A stretch of DNA of 64,000 bases from assembly GCA_030390025.1 (NCBI GenBank), contig CM059432.1, positions 109,680,001-109,744,000 on the forward strand, written 5' to 3'. This DNA comes from Squalus acanthias. Taxonomy: Eukaryota. How positions within the stretch are numbered: position 1 is the first letter of the stretch; every line of letters starts with the position of its first letter. This document shows, piece by piece, positions 24,901 through 37,234 of the stretch. A program made the position numbers and the translations under genes. Under the pieces are notes generated by a model that saw nothing but the letters and a program-made list of their open reading frames with translations, ran no database searches and was not told the DNA's origin.

Positions 24901-27178
24901 ACACAAGCCAATTGGGTACTCATGCCCATGACTAACCAGCACTAACAAATTAATTGAGCACACCGAAAGAGAAGATCCGAAGCAATGTAGAGGAGACCCC
25001 AGGCAGGGTAACATCAGGAAAGATAGAAGTAACAGAGGATACCCCAGGCGGGGCAGAATTGGAACACCGGAACAGTGAATTGAATTTGAGTAAGGGGTCA
25101 GAGGTTGCTCCTTCTCCTCAAAGGAATGGACTGTAAGGAAGGGAGAAATCTTCAAGACTCCCTACTAACTAACGCCCAAGTTGAGAGAGCAATAAGAACT
25201 AGCTAGATTAGTCAAGAGCCGATTGTGAGAAGTCAATAAGGATATTTCCTTCTCAAATAATGGAATTGTAAGAAATAGCTGTTAGATTCAAAGATGGGTT
25301 TTAATTCTTAGAACAGAAACTGACAACATGCAGCCAGGAACAGATAGCAGAAATGCCAGCAAGGTTGAATATCAAGCATCAAAAGACAAATAGAAGTGAT
25401 AAGGGAATCGTAAAATGCAAAACAACACAGGGTGGGGGATAATAGACAAAAATGGAGTCGAAAAGTCATAAAATGACCTTAAAGAAACATAATAAAACAT
25501 TCCTCAGAAAGATAAGAGGGAGGCCTTGTCAGTCATGCAGAAAGGGATGGCGAGGGATACCTTCTCGCTTCACAATTGGACAATAGGATGGGGGATCATG
25601 GGGTTCATATTTGATGCATGGACTGATAATTGTTCTCGTAATTGGAATAGCATTCTGTGTTATACTGATGATTTTAAATGCATGTTGTAAGGCAGCTATG
25701 GCCAGAATGACGCTGTAGTCAATATTGAACCAAGCAATGAACAGCTGCTACAGGATATCTATATGTAAAGCTCTTTTTTTTCGTACATGCCCGACACTAA
25801 GGATAGACAGAGAGGAGAGACGATCTTAAATAAGGTCAGCCATCAATACAGGTATAATCCCGAAGATGGTCAAAACGGAAAAGAAGTCGGTATCCCTGGC
25901 CAAAATTTAAATTTGGTACGGGGACCGAGAAGAGGGACTGAAAGGGTTAATTTGAGCTATATTGTCCTAGTAAGGACAAAAAGGGGGGAATGTGGAAGTG
26001 TATTTTCTTACTTGGACACAAAATGGCTTCCTAGACACAGAATATAAGATTCAAAATGGCCTACACTATGACTCCTAGAAAGATTAGCCGTTGTTTATAG
26101 TTTCGACCTAATGAGGGAATTTCAGTAAAGTAGACTGTGCAACTGCCCCCATCAAATAGCCTAGATTTGTAGAACAAAGAATCCTCTCTAATGAGCTTAA
26201 GATGGCCAAGGACACAGTAAATCAAACACCAGCCTCAGATGCACATAGTAAATCAAACACCAGCCTTTGATTCCAGATGGCCTGGTGGGAGGAGAACAAG
26301 CAGCCTCCGTGACAAGAGATTAGCTAGCCTTATCTCAAGGTATTCCTGCTCTTTTAACCTTTTAATCTTTTAGAAATCATCCTTAAACATAAACATACTC
26401 CTTTTCTTGTTTTTGCAGGCGCTGTGCTTTTGTAATCAACTGTAATTTAATACCATGTCATGTGATATAGAAAGCTTGTATTTTCAGTGTATAAAGATGT
26501 TGCATTTTCTATGATCTTTGGAGTGGCCAGTGTAGTCTTTGACTACATGCTCTCCCCTTGCTGCAAGTAAAATAATAAAGCCTGTCTTTGATGATACTTT
26601 ATGCTTCAAGGGGGAAAAATTCAGTTGGTTGCGCCTCCCATTAGCGCCTTAAGAGGGCGCTAATGGGGCGCAAAGCCGCTAGCGCCCGGGCGCAGCGATG
26701 TTTGCGCCGCTCGGGAACTTAACTAGACATTGTGCGGCGGCGCTAAACTTTACCGCTGCGACCACCTGCGCGCGCAGATTGTGACGTCATTCCATGGTGC
26801 AACGCCCTTGTGGCGCCCCAGAGCGGAAATTGAGTGGCGCCCCCTGCCTTACCGCCTGGCGCATCCAACAACCGGAAGACTGGAACGCTATCAATCGCTG
26901 TGGGGCTGGGGGGGCGCTATTTAAAGGGGGCCTCTTCCTGTCTTTTTCTGTGGTTGACATTTTTGCACCACTCGTTCTGAGAGAGAGAGAGAGATTCGGA
27001 GAGAGAGAAAGAGAGACTTCTGCATTGAGTCAACGCTTTGTGAGGTAGTTTTGCCTACTGATCCTAACTTCGCTGGTACTTTGGTTGCTGTCCTTCATAA
27101 CTTTGCTTGCAAAGAGACTATGGGGGCTGCACTGAATGGGGGCATCGTCCTGCTCCAGCTGAATCGGAGGACACAGAG

Positions 27179-28282
27179 ATGCAGAGAGAGAGAGTGGCAA
27201 TGATGGCCAGACGGAGGAGGGCCAACAGGCGTATGTACAGGAGAGCTTACCCTCCCAGGGTATATCGTGAACAGCTCTCCTACATTCATATGTCTGAGGA
27301 GCTGTGTTTGCGAAGGCTGCGATTCAGCAAGGAGGTGGTCACTGAGCTCTGCCACCTGCTGCAGCCAGATCTGCAGCCTCAACTGAGGTCCAGGACGTCT
27401 CTGTCGGTGGCAGTGAAGGTCACAGTGGCTCTCAACTTCTATGCTACTGGCTCATTTCAAGCTGCTGCTGGGGACCTCGCCAATATCTCCCAGTTCGCGG
27501 TGCATTGCTGCATCCGGCAGGTCACAAATGCCCTCTTTAAAAGGAGACGAGAGTTCATCTCTTTCCCCATGACCCTAGACAAGCAGCGTGACCGCGCTCT
27601 GGGCTTTGCGAGGATAGCGGGCTTCCCCATGGTGCAGGGCGCCATTGACTGCACGCATGTGGCTTTGCGTGCTCCACAAGAGAATGCCGAGGATTTCCGG
27701 AACAGAAAGGAGTTCCATTCCTTGAATGTTCAGTTGGTCTGTGACCACAGACAGCTGATACTCGCTGTCAATGCCCACTATCCTGGCAGCTGCCACGATG
27801 CTTTCATCCTGCGCCAGACTACTGTGGCAGAACTTTTCGAGGCACCGCATCAGCCAGTTGGTTGGCTTCTCGGGGACAAGGGGTATCCATTGAGCACCTG
27901 GCTGATGACACCGCTCCGTACGCCCAACACCCCTGCTGAGCTGCGGTACAACGAGAGCCATCAAGCTACCAGGAACATCATTGAGCGCACAATCGGCGTG
28001 CTGAAGCAACGGTTCCGCTGTCTCGACCATTCTGGAGGAGCCCTGCAGTACTCGCCTGAGCGAGTATCCAACTTCGTAGTTGTGTGCTGCATGTTGCATA
28101 ACATGGCAATCGTCAGGACCCAGCCAATGCCACCAGGCCTTGGAGCACCACCAGAGGAGGAGGAGGAAGAGGAGGAAGAGGACGAGGAGGATGATCATCA
28201 GCAGCACCAAGGCGGGAGGGCGGCCCACAATGGTGAAACTGCAAGGGCCGTCCGTCAACGGCTGATAGCAAGCCGCTTCTAG
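27179..28282 (+). CDS. Harbinger DDE transposase (HARBI1-like); true start may be the out-of-frame ATG at 27120
   Basis: GAIDCTH, NVQLVCD, PGSCHDAFI, LLGDKGY, RNIIERTIGVLKQRFRCL, CCMLHN. No internal stops. Confidence 0.92.
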   Translation: MQRERVAMMARRRRANRRMYRRAYPPRVYREQLSYIHMSEELCLRRLRFSKEVVTELCHLLQPDLQPQLRSRTSLSVAVKVTVALNFYATGSFQAAAGDLANISQFAVHCCIRQVTNALFKRRREFISFPMTLDKQRDRALGFARIAGFPMVQGAIDCTHVALRAPQENAEDFRNRKEFHSLNVQLVCDHRQLILAVNAHYPGSCHDAFILRQTTVAELFEAPHQPVGWLLGDKGYPLSTWLMTPLRTPNTPAELRYNESHQATRNIIERTIGVLKQRFRCLDHSGGALQYSPERVSNFVVVCCMLHNMAIVRTQPMPPGLGAPPEEEEEEEEEDEEDDHQQHQGGRAAHNGETARAVRQRLIASRF

Positions 28283-28595
28283 GGCCCCTGCTGTGGAAAT
28301 GGCTTCTGCCATTGCTAACAACATCAATGAACCCAACACGCAACCCCTAAACTGGCCAAGGCACCAATGATTCCAAACACCAAACATGTATATTTTGAAT
28401 ACAAAAACTTATTTATTTTACAAACTCTGTGTGTGTCATTTCCTCATGACAAACTCATAGAAATAAACACACAAAAAACAGTCATTAACATAACTGGTTC
28501 TCACAACCTGGAGATAATGTCCAAAACACTAGACAAAAGTTGGACCACGAACCTTGGCCTTTAATAAAAAAATGACCAGCATTTTGTCACACCTC

Positions 28596-30412
28596 CTACT
28601 TTTTGCCCTTCGAGGGTGATCTCCTTCCCTTGCGCACTTCCCCCCTTCTAACCCTACTGCTCCTCCGTAATGGGACCTCAGTGGCTGCAGCAAGGCTGGT
28701 GGAAGGCTGCTGATTGTCAGACCCTGACACTGCAGATGCCCCTGAAGGACGGCCTCGACCAGTTCTGGGCCTGGAGGGCCCGGCTGCAGACTGCACCAAC
28801 TCTGCATGGGTGGCAGCAGTCTGTCCTACAGGCAGTGGCAAGTGCAGTGGAGAAGTGACAGTGTTGGCAGCAGGAATGCTGTCATCGTGAGAGAGGACAG
28901 CAACTCCCTGCTCGACCGACACACTGGCACTCCCACGGGGCAGCACTTCAGCATCAGGAGCAATCTGCTGGAGCACAGATTGCTGGCCTGCTGCGGCGCG
29001 GTGAGAGCCCCGGGGACATGTGAATGAACCATCGAGGTTGGCAGCAGTCAGTGCTCGCGTGGCCTCAATCTGAGTCTGCATGACAGCAGTCAGAGATGGG
29101 ATCACGGCAGTCAGTGACTGAATTGCAGCACTAAGCTTTAGTGTGGCATCCGCCTGTGCTACAGCGAAGTGCTCCACACTCCTTGCCAGTGACTCAATGC
29201 ATTCGGGCACCCTTCCCACTGCACCCATGAGCTCAGTGTGCATGCCCACTGCCTGGGTGTTCATTTCTGCGATCAGCCGCTCCTCCTGTGCGTCCATTGC
29301 AGTAGGAGTCGCTGGCATACTCTCCCTCTGGGGAGAAGGCCCCCGTTCTTCCCTACCCCCATGGCGTTGCTGCAGCCCGCTGGGTCCTGGAGCTTCACCC
29401 TCATCAGACCCTTCCCCCCTGCTCCCCTCCAGGGAAGGCGTGTTCCCAGTGTGTGCATGGGCTTCCTCGGGAGAGGGTGGCACTGATGCTCCGGCTTCCT
29501 CTTCCTCCTCGGCTGCAGCTTCACTCCCACTGGCAGCTTCAGGGCCCGTCTCCTCAGCTGGTGAATCACCATCTGAAAGCAGGGAGGTACAAGAGTGGCT
29601 TTAGCATGAGGACAGGGTGGCAGTAAGGGAGGAATAAGTGCAGCGAGTTAGCAAGTTGGATTGAAAGTGTCAAAGGCTGGTGTTGTGGACAAGTGGAAGG
29701 ACAGAGGACAAAAAGGTGATGACCTTACCATTGCTGTCCAGAACGGGGTTGGCGTCTCCAGTGGCGATGGGACCGATCACCCGGCTTGCCACAATCCTGT
29801 GGACGCGCTCCTCAAGATCGCTGAGGGGTTGCAGCTGAGGCCGCCCTCCACCTGTCCGTTGCTGCTGTCTCCTATTATGCGCCAGCTTGGCCTGCAAGAA
29901 AAAGGACAGCATCTGAGTAAATATACAGCCATGGTCTTGCCTGATGTGCCTCCCATAGGTGAATAGCCCTTACTGTATGCAGCCATGGTCTTGCCTGATG
30001 TGCCTGCCATAGGTGAATAGCCCTTACTGTATGCAAAGTGTGGAATGTGTGTGTGTGTTTCATGAAAGGGCCATAGGTGTTGGATGAGTTTTGTGCATTG
30101 GGGTTTTAAGACCCTCTGGCCATAGAGTGAGGTTGAGATGGAGGGATGGGGAGGTATTGAGAAAAAGCCACTCACCCTGACGACCCAAGTGAGGTCGTTG
30201 AACTTTTTGCGGCATTGAACATGGGTCCTGGGCACCATGCTCCTGGAGGAGACGCTCTGAGCCACCTCCCTCCACACTCTTCTGTACTCGCGTGGCAAAG
30301 GCCTCCTGCCACTCTCAGGGAAGAGTATAGATCTTCTGCGCTCCACCGCGCCAACCAGAGCATCCAAGGCCCGCTCGGTGAAGCGCTGAGCTCGTTCTCT
30401 CACCCTCTCCAT
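28596..30412 (-). CDS. Harbinger Myb/SANT-like DNA-binding protein, 3 exons (30412-30176, 29891-29729, 29572-28596), ~458 aa
   Basis: RFTERALDAL...W..VA...QCRKKFNDL, then KLAHNRR..RTGGG. Splice sites GTGAGT/TTGCAG and GTAAGG/TTTCAG join in phases 0 and 1 into one open frame. Confidence 0.85.
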
Positions 30413-31210
30413 CCTTGGCAGCAAAATGGATTCACAGGTCTCTCCAGGCCGAGATTCAAGGCTGCAATGAGCAGGGTGTGGCTGGGGAGCAAGTTGGCCC
30501 CCCCCCCTTTAAGAACTGGCCGGCGCCAGTGTGTCTGTGTTCCCTCGCTAACTGGCAGCACCTGCGCTGCGCTCGCGCGCTGAGTTAGCGCCTCACTGCT
30601 CGGCCTTTGCGCCTTAAGACAGGTGTGCAGCGCTTGATTTAGTGCTCCACTCACCTCCCGGGGCGGTAAAAGTGAAGTTTCCAGTCAGTGGCGATAATTA
30701 GCGCCAGGCGCTAATTTTTGCGTCCAGATGATATTTGCGCCCCAAACGGGGCGCGACCTAATTTTTCCCCCCAAGAGTCTTACTCGGCAGTCGAAACTTC
30801 GACAATGGTTAAGAGCATATTTGATAGAGGTGTCCAAAATTATGAAGGGTTTTGATAGATTAAATAAGGAGAAACTGTTTTCAGTGGCAGAAGGGTGAGT
30901 AACCAGAGGACGCAGATTTAAGGTGATTGGCACAAGAACCAGATGCGACAAGGGGAAAAAAAATTAGGCCGTGAGTTGTTATGATCTGGATTGCACTCAC
31001 TGAAAGGATGGTGGAAGCAGATTCAAAAAGTAAGTCTTATTAGGTTATTGGATAAATACTCGAAGGGGGATAATTTGCAGGGCTCTGGGGAAAGAGCGGG
31101 GGAGTGGGACTAATTGGATCTCTTTCAAAGAGCCGGCACAGGCACGATGGGCCGAAAGGCCTCCTTCTGTGCTGTATCATTTGAGGATTCTATGATTCTA
31201 GTGCGAGTGC

Positions 31211-31332
31211 TAGGTTTAGTGGTTAGAGTTAGTTCGGATTAGGGTTTAGGGTTAGAGTTTAGGATTAGTGGTTAGGGTTAGAGGTTTGGTTTATGTTTAG
31301 CTTAAAACGGTGGGGCTAGGGGTTAGGGTTAG
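31211..31332 (+). repeat. Degenerate (TTAGGG)-like tract
   Basis: Repeated GGTTAG, TTAGGG and TTAGAG variants. Confidence 0.6.
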
Positions 31333-33856
31333 AAACCATTTTTTTAAATGATCTTTAACAATGCATTGTCACGAGATGCGTCCATTAACAAATAAGCTTT
31401 GCTGTCTATTTACCCAGTTGAGGCACTGACAGTTTACCTTGGGGAGAGTTACCTGGACACTTCGATCCAGGAGGCAGTCACACCCCTTAGGTTCGGTAGT
31501 GGTACAGGTCTGGTTAGTGGTCAGGGACAGGAGGGTGTGACTGCAACTCAGGCGGGTAAGGGGACCCCATGTGCAGTGCTGGAGGAGACTCAACCTTATC
31601 CAAAAGGTATGAGGTTCTTGCTGCCTGTGTGGATGAGGGAAAAGCCTGCAGGATGGATGAGCAAGCTGACCATGGCACCATGGTGCAGGAGGTCATTCAA
31701 GTGGGGGGAGTGAAAGGGAATGTAGTTGTGGTAGGGGACAGTATAATCAGGGGGATAGATACTGTTCTCCGCAGCTGCAACCGAGAGTTCCGAAGATTGT
31801 GTTGCCTGCCCGGTGCCAGGATTAAAGACATCTCCTCGCAGCTGGAGAAGAACTTGGAGTGGGAGGGGGAGGATCCAGTTGTCGTGGTCCATGTAGGAAC
31901 CAACTAGGAATGAGGTTCTGCTGAGGGAGTTTGAGGAGCTAGGATCCAAATTAAAAAGCAGAACCTCAAAGGTAATAAACTCTGGATTGTTACCTGAGCC
32001 ACGCACAAATTGGCATAGGGACAAACAGATTAGAGGTTTAAATGCGTGGCTCAAAGAGTGGTGTGGGAGGAAGGGGTTTCGGTTCATGGGGCACTGGCAC
32101 CAGTACTGGGGAAAGAGGGAGCTGTCCTGTTGGGACGGGCTCCACTTAAACCAGGTAGGGACCAGTTTCCTGACGAACTGAATAACTAGGGCACTAGACA
32201 TGGCTTTAAACTAATGAAGGGAGGCGGGTGGATTCAGGAAACAGTAAATTTAAAAGCAGCGAGAGAAATGTCAAAGCTCTAGAGCAGAGTAGAGTTTTGG
32301 GTAAAAATAAGCAGAGTGGGTCAGAAAGGGACAGAGAGAGTAACAAAGGTAATAAATAAGGCATCAGTGACTAAGGTGATATCAGGGAAAAAGAGAAATA
32401 AGTCAAAACTAAAGGCATTATATCTGAATGCGCGAAGCATTTGCAACAAAATAGATGAATTAATAGCGCAGATAGAAATTAACAGGTTTGACCTAATAGC
32501 CATAACGGAGATGTGATTGTAAAGTGGCTAAGGTTGGGAACTGAATATTCCAGGATACATAATTTTAGAAGGGATAGGCAAAATGGAAAAGGAGGAGGGC
32601 TAGCCCTGATAATAAAGGATGGGATAAAGATAGTAGAGAGAAAGGATCTTAGCTCCGTAAATCAAGAAGTAGAATCAATTTGGGTGGAGCTAAGAAACAG
32701 CAAGGGGCAGAAAACATTGGTGGGAGTTGTTTATAGGCCCCCAAACAGAAGTTGTAATGTAGGGCAGAGTATAAATCAGAAAATTAGAGGCGCATGTAAC
32801 AAAGGTAATACAGTAATCATGGGGGACTTTAATCTACATATAGACTGGGCAAACCAAATTTGCAGTAATAGTGTGAAGGACGAATTGATGGAATGTATGC
32901 AAAATAGTTTTCTAGATCAGTATGTTGAGGAACCAACTAGGGAACAGGCTATTTTAGATCTAGTATTGTGCAACGAGAAAGGGTTCATTAATAACCTTGT
33001 AGTAAAGGGGCCTTTAGGGAAGAGTGACCATAATATGATAGAATTTTATATTGAGTTTGAAAGTGACTTAGTTAAATCCGAAACTAGGGTCTTAAATCTA
33101 AACAAAGCAAACTACGTAGGTATGAGGGGCGAGTTGGCTCAGGTAGATTGGGAAACTACATTAAAAGGTATGACAGTGGACAAGCAATAGCTAGCATTTA
33201 AAGAATGAATACATAATTTACAACAAATATACAAATATACATTCCTTTAAGGCAGGAAAAGTGGTCCAACCGTGGCTAAGATGAGAAGTTAAAGATAGTA
33301 TTAGATCAAAGGAAGAGGCTTATAATGCTGCCAAAAAGAGTAGTAAGCCAAAGGATTGGGAGAATTTAGAATTCAGCAAAGGTGAACCAAGAAATTGATA
33401 AAGGGAAAATAAAATATGAGAGTAAACTAGCGTGAGACATAAAAACAAACTGTAAAAGCTTCTATAGGTATGTAAAAAGGAAAAGATTAGCGAAAGTAAA
33501 TGTGGGTTCCTTACAGGCTGAGACAGGAGAAATTTTAATGGGAAATAAGGAAATGGCAGAGAAATTAAACAAATACTTTGGCCGCGAATTTATCCTTGGT
33601 GGCGGGGTGGGTGCGAGTCAGGTGGTCGGTGGGTCCCGGTCCCGCCTCCACTTTCATCCGGTAAAAAATTGCGATTTTGCCCTAACTGGGCAATTGATTC
33701 CTTGCGTGTGTGCTCCCCTGGCAAATTACTGTTTTGGGTCTGGAACTCGCCTCGGCTGACATCTGTGAGCCAGCTGCATGTAAGGGGCCCATGCAGCCTT
33801 GGTTCACTCTCTCATTTTTTGCTTCTGGATTGTCTGCTCTGCTGACTACTGATGAT

Positions 33857-35738
33857 ATAGCAACCTCAAGGGCGAAGGCCTCACCACGATTTGATAATGA
33901 CTCCCTCCATGCTCTTGTGAGGAAGAAGCCACCACAGCAGACCAAAGCTGTGTGGCTGCAAATTGCACACGAGGTCAGCTCGAGATCAACGTGCATTCGA
34001 ACCTGGCTGCAGTGCCGAAAAAGGTTCAATGACCTGGTCCACTCAGGGAAAGTGAGTATAACATCACCATTACCCTCAATCTGCTCCCCATCTCCTCTCA
34101 TCACCAGCACTCTGCATTGTCAACCTACTCCTCCACATCCCACTTTACCCTTACATCCCTTGCACCCTTAACCATCCCTCTCTCTCTATGTACACAATCA
34201 CTTCACTATTCTACTATGCTGCCCTCACACTCCCTATCACTGTTATGCAATGACAATGACTAACAAGACACAGGGAGGGCCCTTGGACATGGAACCTCAC
34301 TCCATCGTTGTCTCCCTCTAAGCATCTATGCTATGGATTCTCTACACTCACTCCAGCATTCTCACTCAAACTCCACTTGTCTCCCTCATTGCAGGAAAAG
34401 AGAGCCCACAATAAGAGGGAGAGGGCTAGGACAGGAGGAGGGCCACCTTCAATTGCCCATTTGACCAATGCTGAGGAGGCTGCCCTCAAAATAATCGGAG
34501 GTGATGAGGATCTGGAAGTGGGGGACGGTCAGACGGGCACAGCAGAGTAAGCTGGTGACAGAATAGATTTGCATCTCTCTCATTTACATTGCATGAGTGA
34601 CTGATATGACTTCTGATGCTCATACAGATTGACTTATGATGATCTGCACAATTCCATGTGCATGCTACGTTAATATCACATGTGTAACTCATGCCTTTAC
34701 TCCTCCACAGGACCATTGACAGCCCCCCCTTCCCCACTGTCCAGGAGGAGGAGCCAGAGCCAGAAGGCTCCTCAGAGGAACCTGCAACCTCTGAGGACGC
34801 AGCGTCAGCAGAATTAAGCGCACCCAGCACCAGCACAGATACGCACACCTCGGTGGGACCTTCAGGAGATAGAGTAGTGTCGTCACCTGGTGTATCACAG
34901 CTCACAAGTGAGCATCAGCAGATGGTGGAGACAGGAACAGCAGTGGAGAGTCCTCGTCAGAGGCCGCAGGGCGCTCCTAGCTCCGCTCAGCTGCATGTGG
35001 ACCCTGTGCCTCTGGGGCCATCCAGAAAGAAAGTGGTGCTGGAACTCCAGGAACAAATGCAGGAGTCTCTGGCAGGTTTTGTCTCCAGGGTTACTGAGAA
35101 TGTGGAGAGGATGGAGCAGTGCCTTTGTGGAGGCAATGGCGCATGAACGCACCAACATGGAAAAGGTGGCAACCTCCGTGGAAAGGATGGCTATGGTCAT
35201 GGAGGAAATAAGTCGCCAGAGTCAGGAAAACATGGTGAATGTTCAGAATAGACTGACATCTCTGGAGGAATGATGGGCAGCTATTGAGCAGGGAAACCAG
35301 AGCATCATGGAAGTCCTTTTGAGTAGGACTGCCAGTGCAGCGACGGGTCTTCATGGCCCCCCTGATGTGCAGCAAGGTGCTGTCAAGCCACTTGCTAGCA
35401 CTGAAGTGGGGCTGACCCATGAGAGGGATGTTGGTGGCAGGCAACAAGGAAGTGGGGGCTCCTCTCCAAGCGCTCACACTCCCATGCCACTGAGTAGCCC
35501 TTGGTCAGAGCCCCACCAGAGTCCTCACCCAACTGAGGTGGGCGTCTCAGCCCCTGAACAGACGCAGGAGGAGCAGACTATTGACGCGCCCTCAGAGGCT
35601 CACAAACCCAGAGGACACCCACCAAAGGTGTCAAAGCAGGAGCAGCATGAAAGTGAGCAAGGTGCCTCCACATCTGCTGAAGCCACAGGGGAGGCACCAC
35701 GTAGAAGCATGCGTAAGAGGAAGATACAGCACAATTAG
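33857..35738 (+). pseudogene. H2 Myb/SANT gene, multi-exon, damaged
   Basis: PRFDNDSLHALV...WLQIAHEV...QCRKRFNDL; EKRAHNKRERARTGGG. Start is ATA, with a deletion relative to 60215-60454 and later frameshift/stop. Confidence 0.75.
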
Positions 35739-36013
35739 TCACAAGGGTAGTCACTTGGGTGTTCTGTTCTGTTGTCTTTTGTTTTATTTAATATTTGACA
35801 TTGTCATCCTTTTGTGAATGGATTAAACAGAAGTGATGGCAAACAGTTGAAGTTCTGGCCTATGTGATCTCGGAAATGGAAGTTCAACATTGAGGGCTCA
35901 GGGCAACTTGCATTTGTAATGATGGTGGTGAGAGTGATAGGAACCCACAGGTTCTTGTACATTGTGTATGGTGTGTTAAGAAGGTGCCAGCCACATATGT
36001 TTAATTCGTCTAC

Positions 36014-37234
36014 TTAAGCGAATCTGGCAAAGATTAGTGCATTCCTTGCATCACAGGCAGCAATGTGCTCGCGTGCTGCTGGACCTGGCACATCCGCCTC
36101 CGCAACGCCCTCCTCCTCCTCCTCCTCCTCATCTGAGGAGGCTATGCGCTGAGCCACTTGTTCCTCAGGCAGCTGCAAAGAACGATGCTGCGCAATGTTA
36201 TGCAGTGCACAGCAGACCATGACGATTCTGGAGACCCTGGCTGCTGAATACTGTAGGGCTCCACCTGATCTATCAAGGCATCTGAATCGCATCTTCAGCA
36301 AGCCGATGGTTTGCTCGATAATGGATCTGGTCGAAATGTGGCTGGCATTGTAGCGCTCCTCAGCTTCGTTCGATGGCCTCCTCAACAGCATCATCAGCCA
36401 CATCTTCAGGGGATAGCCCTTGTCTCCAAGTAGCCACCCGGAAAGTTGGTTTGGTGGATTGAAGAGCGGAGGCACACTAGACTGCTGCAGGATGAACGAG
36501 TCATGACAACTGCCAGGGTACTTTGCACAAACATGCAAAATGTCCTTCCTATGGTTACACACCAGCTGCACGTTGAGAGGGTGGAAGCCCTTGCGGTTGA
36601 CAAAAACAGCTGGGTTGTGATGGGGTGCCCTAAGGGCCACATGTATGCAGTCGACGACACCCTGCACCCTTGGCAAGCCTGTCATATTTGCAAAGCCAAC
36701 CGCATGCGCAGTTACACTTGCTTGATCCATGGAGAAGTGTGTGCAATTGTGCGTCTTGGCAAAGAGGGCATCGGTTAACTGCATGATGCAAGTGTGTGCG
36801 GCCGACTGGGAGATGCCGCTGATGTCTGCTGATGAGCCCTGGAAGGACCCTGAAGCAAAAAAATTGAGGGCAGTGGTGACTTTGAAAGCCACTGGTAAGG
36901 GGTGTCCACCCGCTCCTCTGGGCTCCAGGTGTTGGTGCAGCATTGCGCAGATGTCACCAACTACCTCTCGCGAAAGTCTCAGCCTCCTTTGGTACTGCTG
37001 CTCAGTCATGTTGAGGAAGGTCATCCTTGGCCAGTAAACTCTGTGTTGGGGGTATCTCCTGTGGCGACGTGCATCCCTGCGCTGACGCCTTCTGCCCTGT
37101 GCACCATCAGGTGGCTGAGAAGGAGGTTGGCGCTCCTGCTGTTGGTGCTGCTGTTGTGCCTGGTTCTGCTGCTGCCATGGCTGCTCGTCCTCCGAATCTG
37201 AGGACCAGGATGAAAGGAAATAAATGGTTCCCAT
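36014..37234 (-). CDS. H2 Harbinger DDE transposase, 406 aa, open
   Basis: [45 protein letters not shown]. Confidence 0.9.
   Translation of the reverse strand: MGTIYFLSSWSSDSEDEQPWQQQNQAQQQHQQQERQPPSQPPDGAQGRRRQRRDARRHRRYPQHRVYWPRMTFLNMTEQQYQRRLRLSREVVGDICAMLHQHLEPRGAGGHPLPVAFKVTTALNFFASGSFQGSSADISGISQSAAHTCIMQLTDALFAKTHNCTHFSMDQASVTAHAVGFANMTGLPRVQGVVDCIHVALRAPHHNPAVFVNRKGFHPLNVQLVCNHRKDILHVCAKYPGSCHDSFILQQSSVPPLFNPPNQLSGWLLGDKGYPLKMWLMMLLRRPSNEAEERYNASHISTRSIIEQTIGLLKMRFRCLDRSGGALQYSAARVSRIVMVCCALHNIAQHRSLQLPEEQVAQRIASSDEEEEEEEGVAEADVPGPAAREHIAACDARNALIFARFA

Larger units (their letters stand above)
26610..30771 (+). mobile_element. PIF/Harbinger DNA transposon, full-length (family H1)
   Basis: TIR GGGGGAAAAATT/AATTTTTCCCCC, 3-bp TSD CAA, convergent transposase and Myb/SANT genes. 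Confidence 0.95.
3886..30804 (+). mobile_element. ERV-A: defective endogenous retrovirus hosting nested insertions
   Basis: Paired LTRs TGTGG...CGACA. TSD ATGG at 3882-3885 and 30805-30808. PBS, PPT, and gag/RT/env remnants present. Confidence 0.93.
25991..30804 (+). repeat. ERV-A 3' LTR interrupted by Harbinger (25991-26609 and 30772-30804)
   Basis: Preceded by PPT AAAAAGGGGGGAA. Matches the 5' LTR on both sides of the insertion. Confidence 0.93.
1345..31200 (+). mobile_element. Old CR1 LINE 3' half, fragmented by nested insertions (pieces ~1345-1557, 2877-3170, 3637-3885, 30805-31200)
   Basis: RT motifs continue in order across the insertions (KVPH, VPHGSVLG; SKFEDDTK; GIL-FINRG; GAGCAGAGATGG/TTAAGAG). 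GATTCTATGATTCTA tail near 31200. Confidence 0.8.

Noticed and set aside
27179..28282. Domesticated host HARBI1 gene
   Set aside because: It is bounded by TIRs and a TSD, paired with a Myb gene, and inserted in an LTR.
27575..28387. 270-aa antisense ORF (also antisense ORFs over pol and CR1)
   Set aside because: Shadow frames of real coding sequence.
29926..30035. ~54-bp tandem duplication
   Set aside because: It lies within Myb intron 1 with no evident effect.
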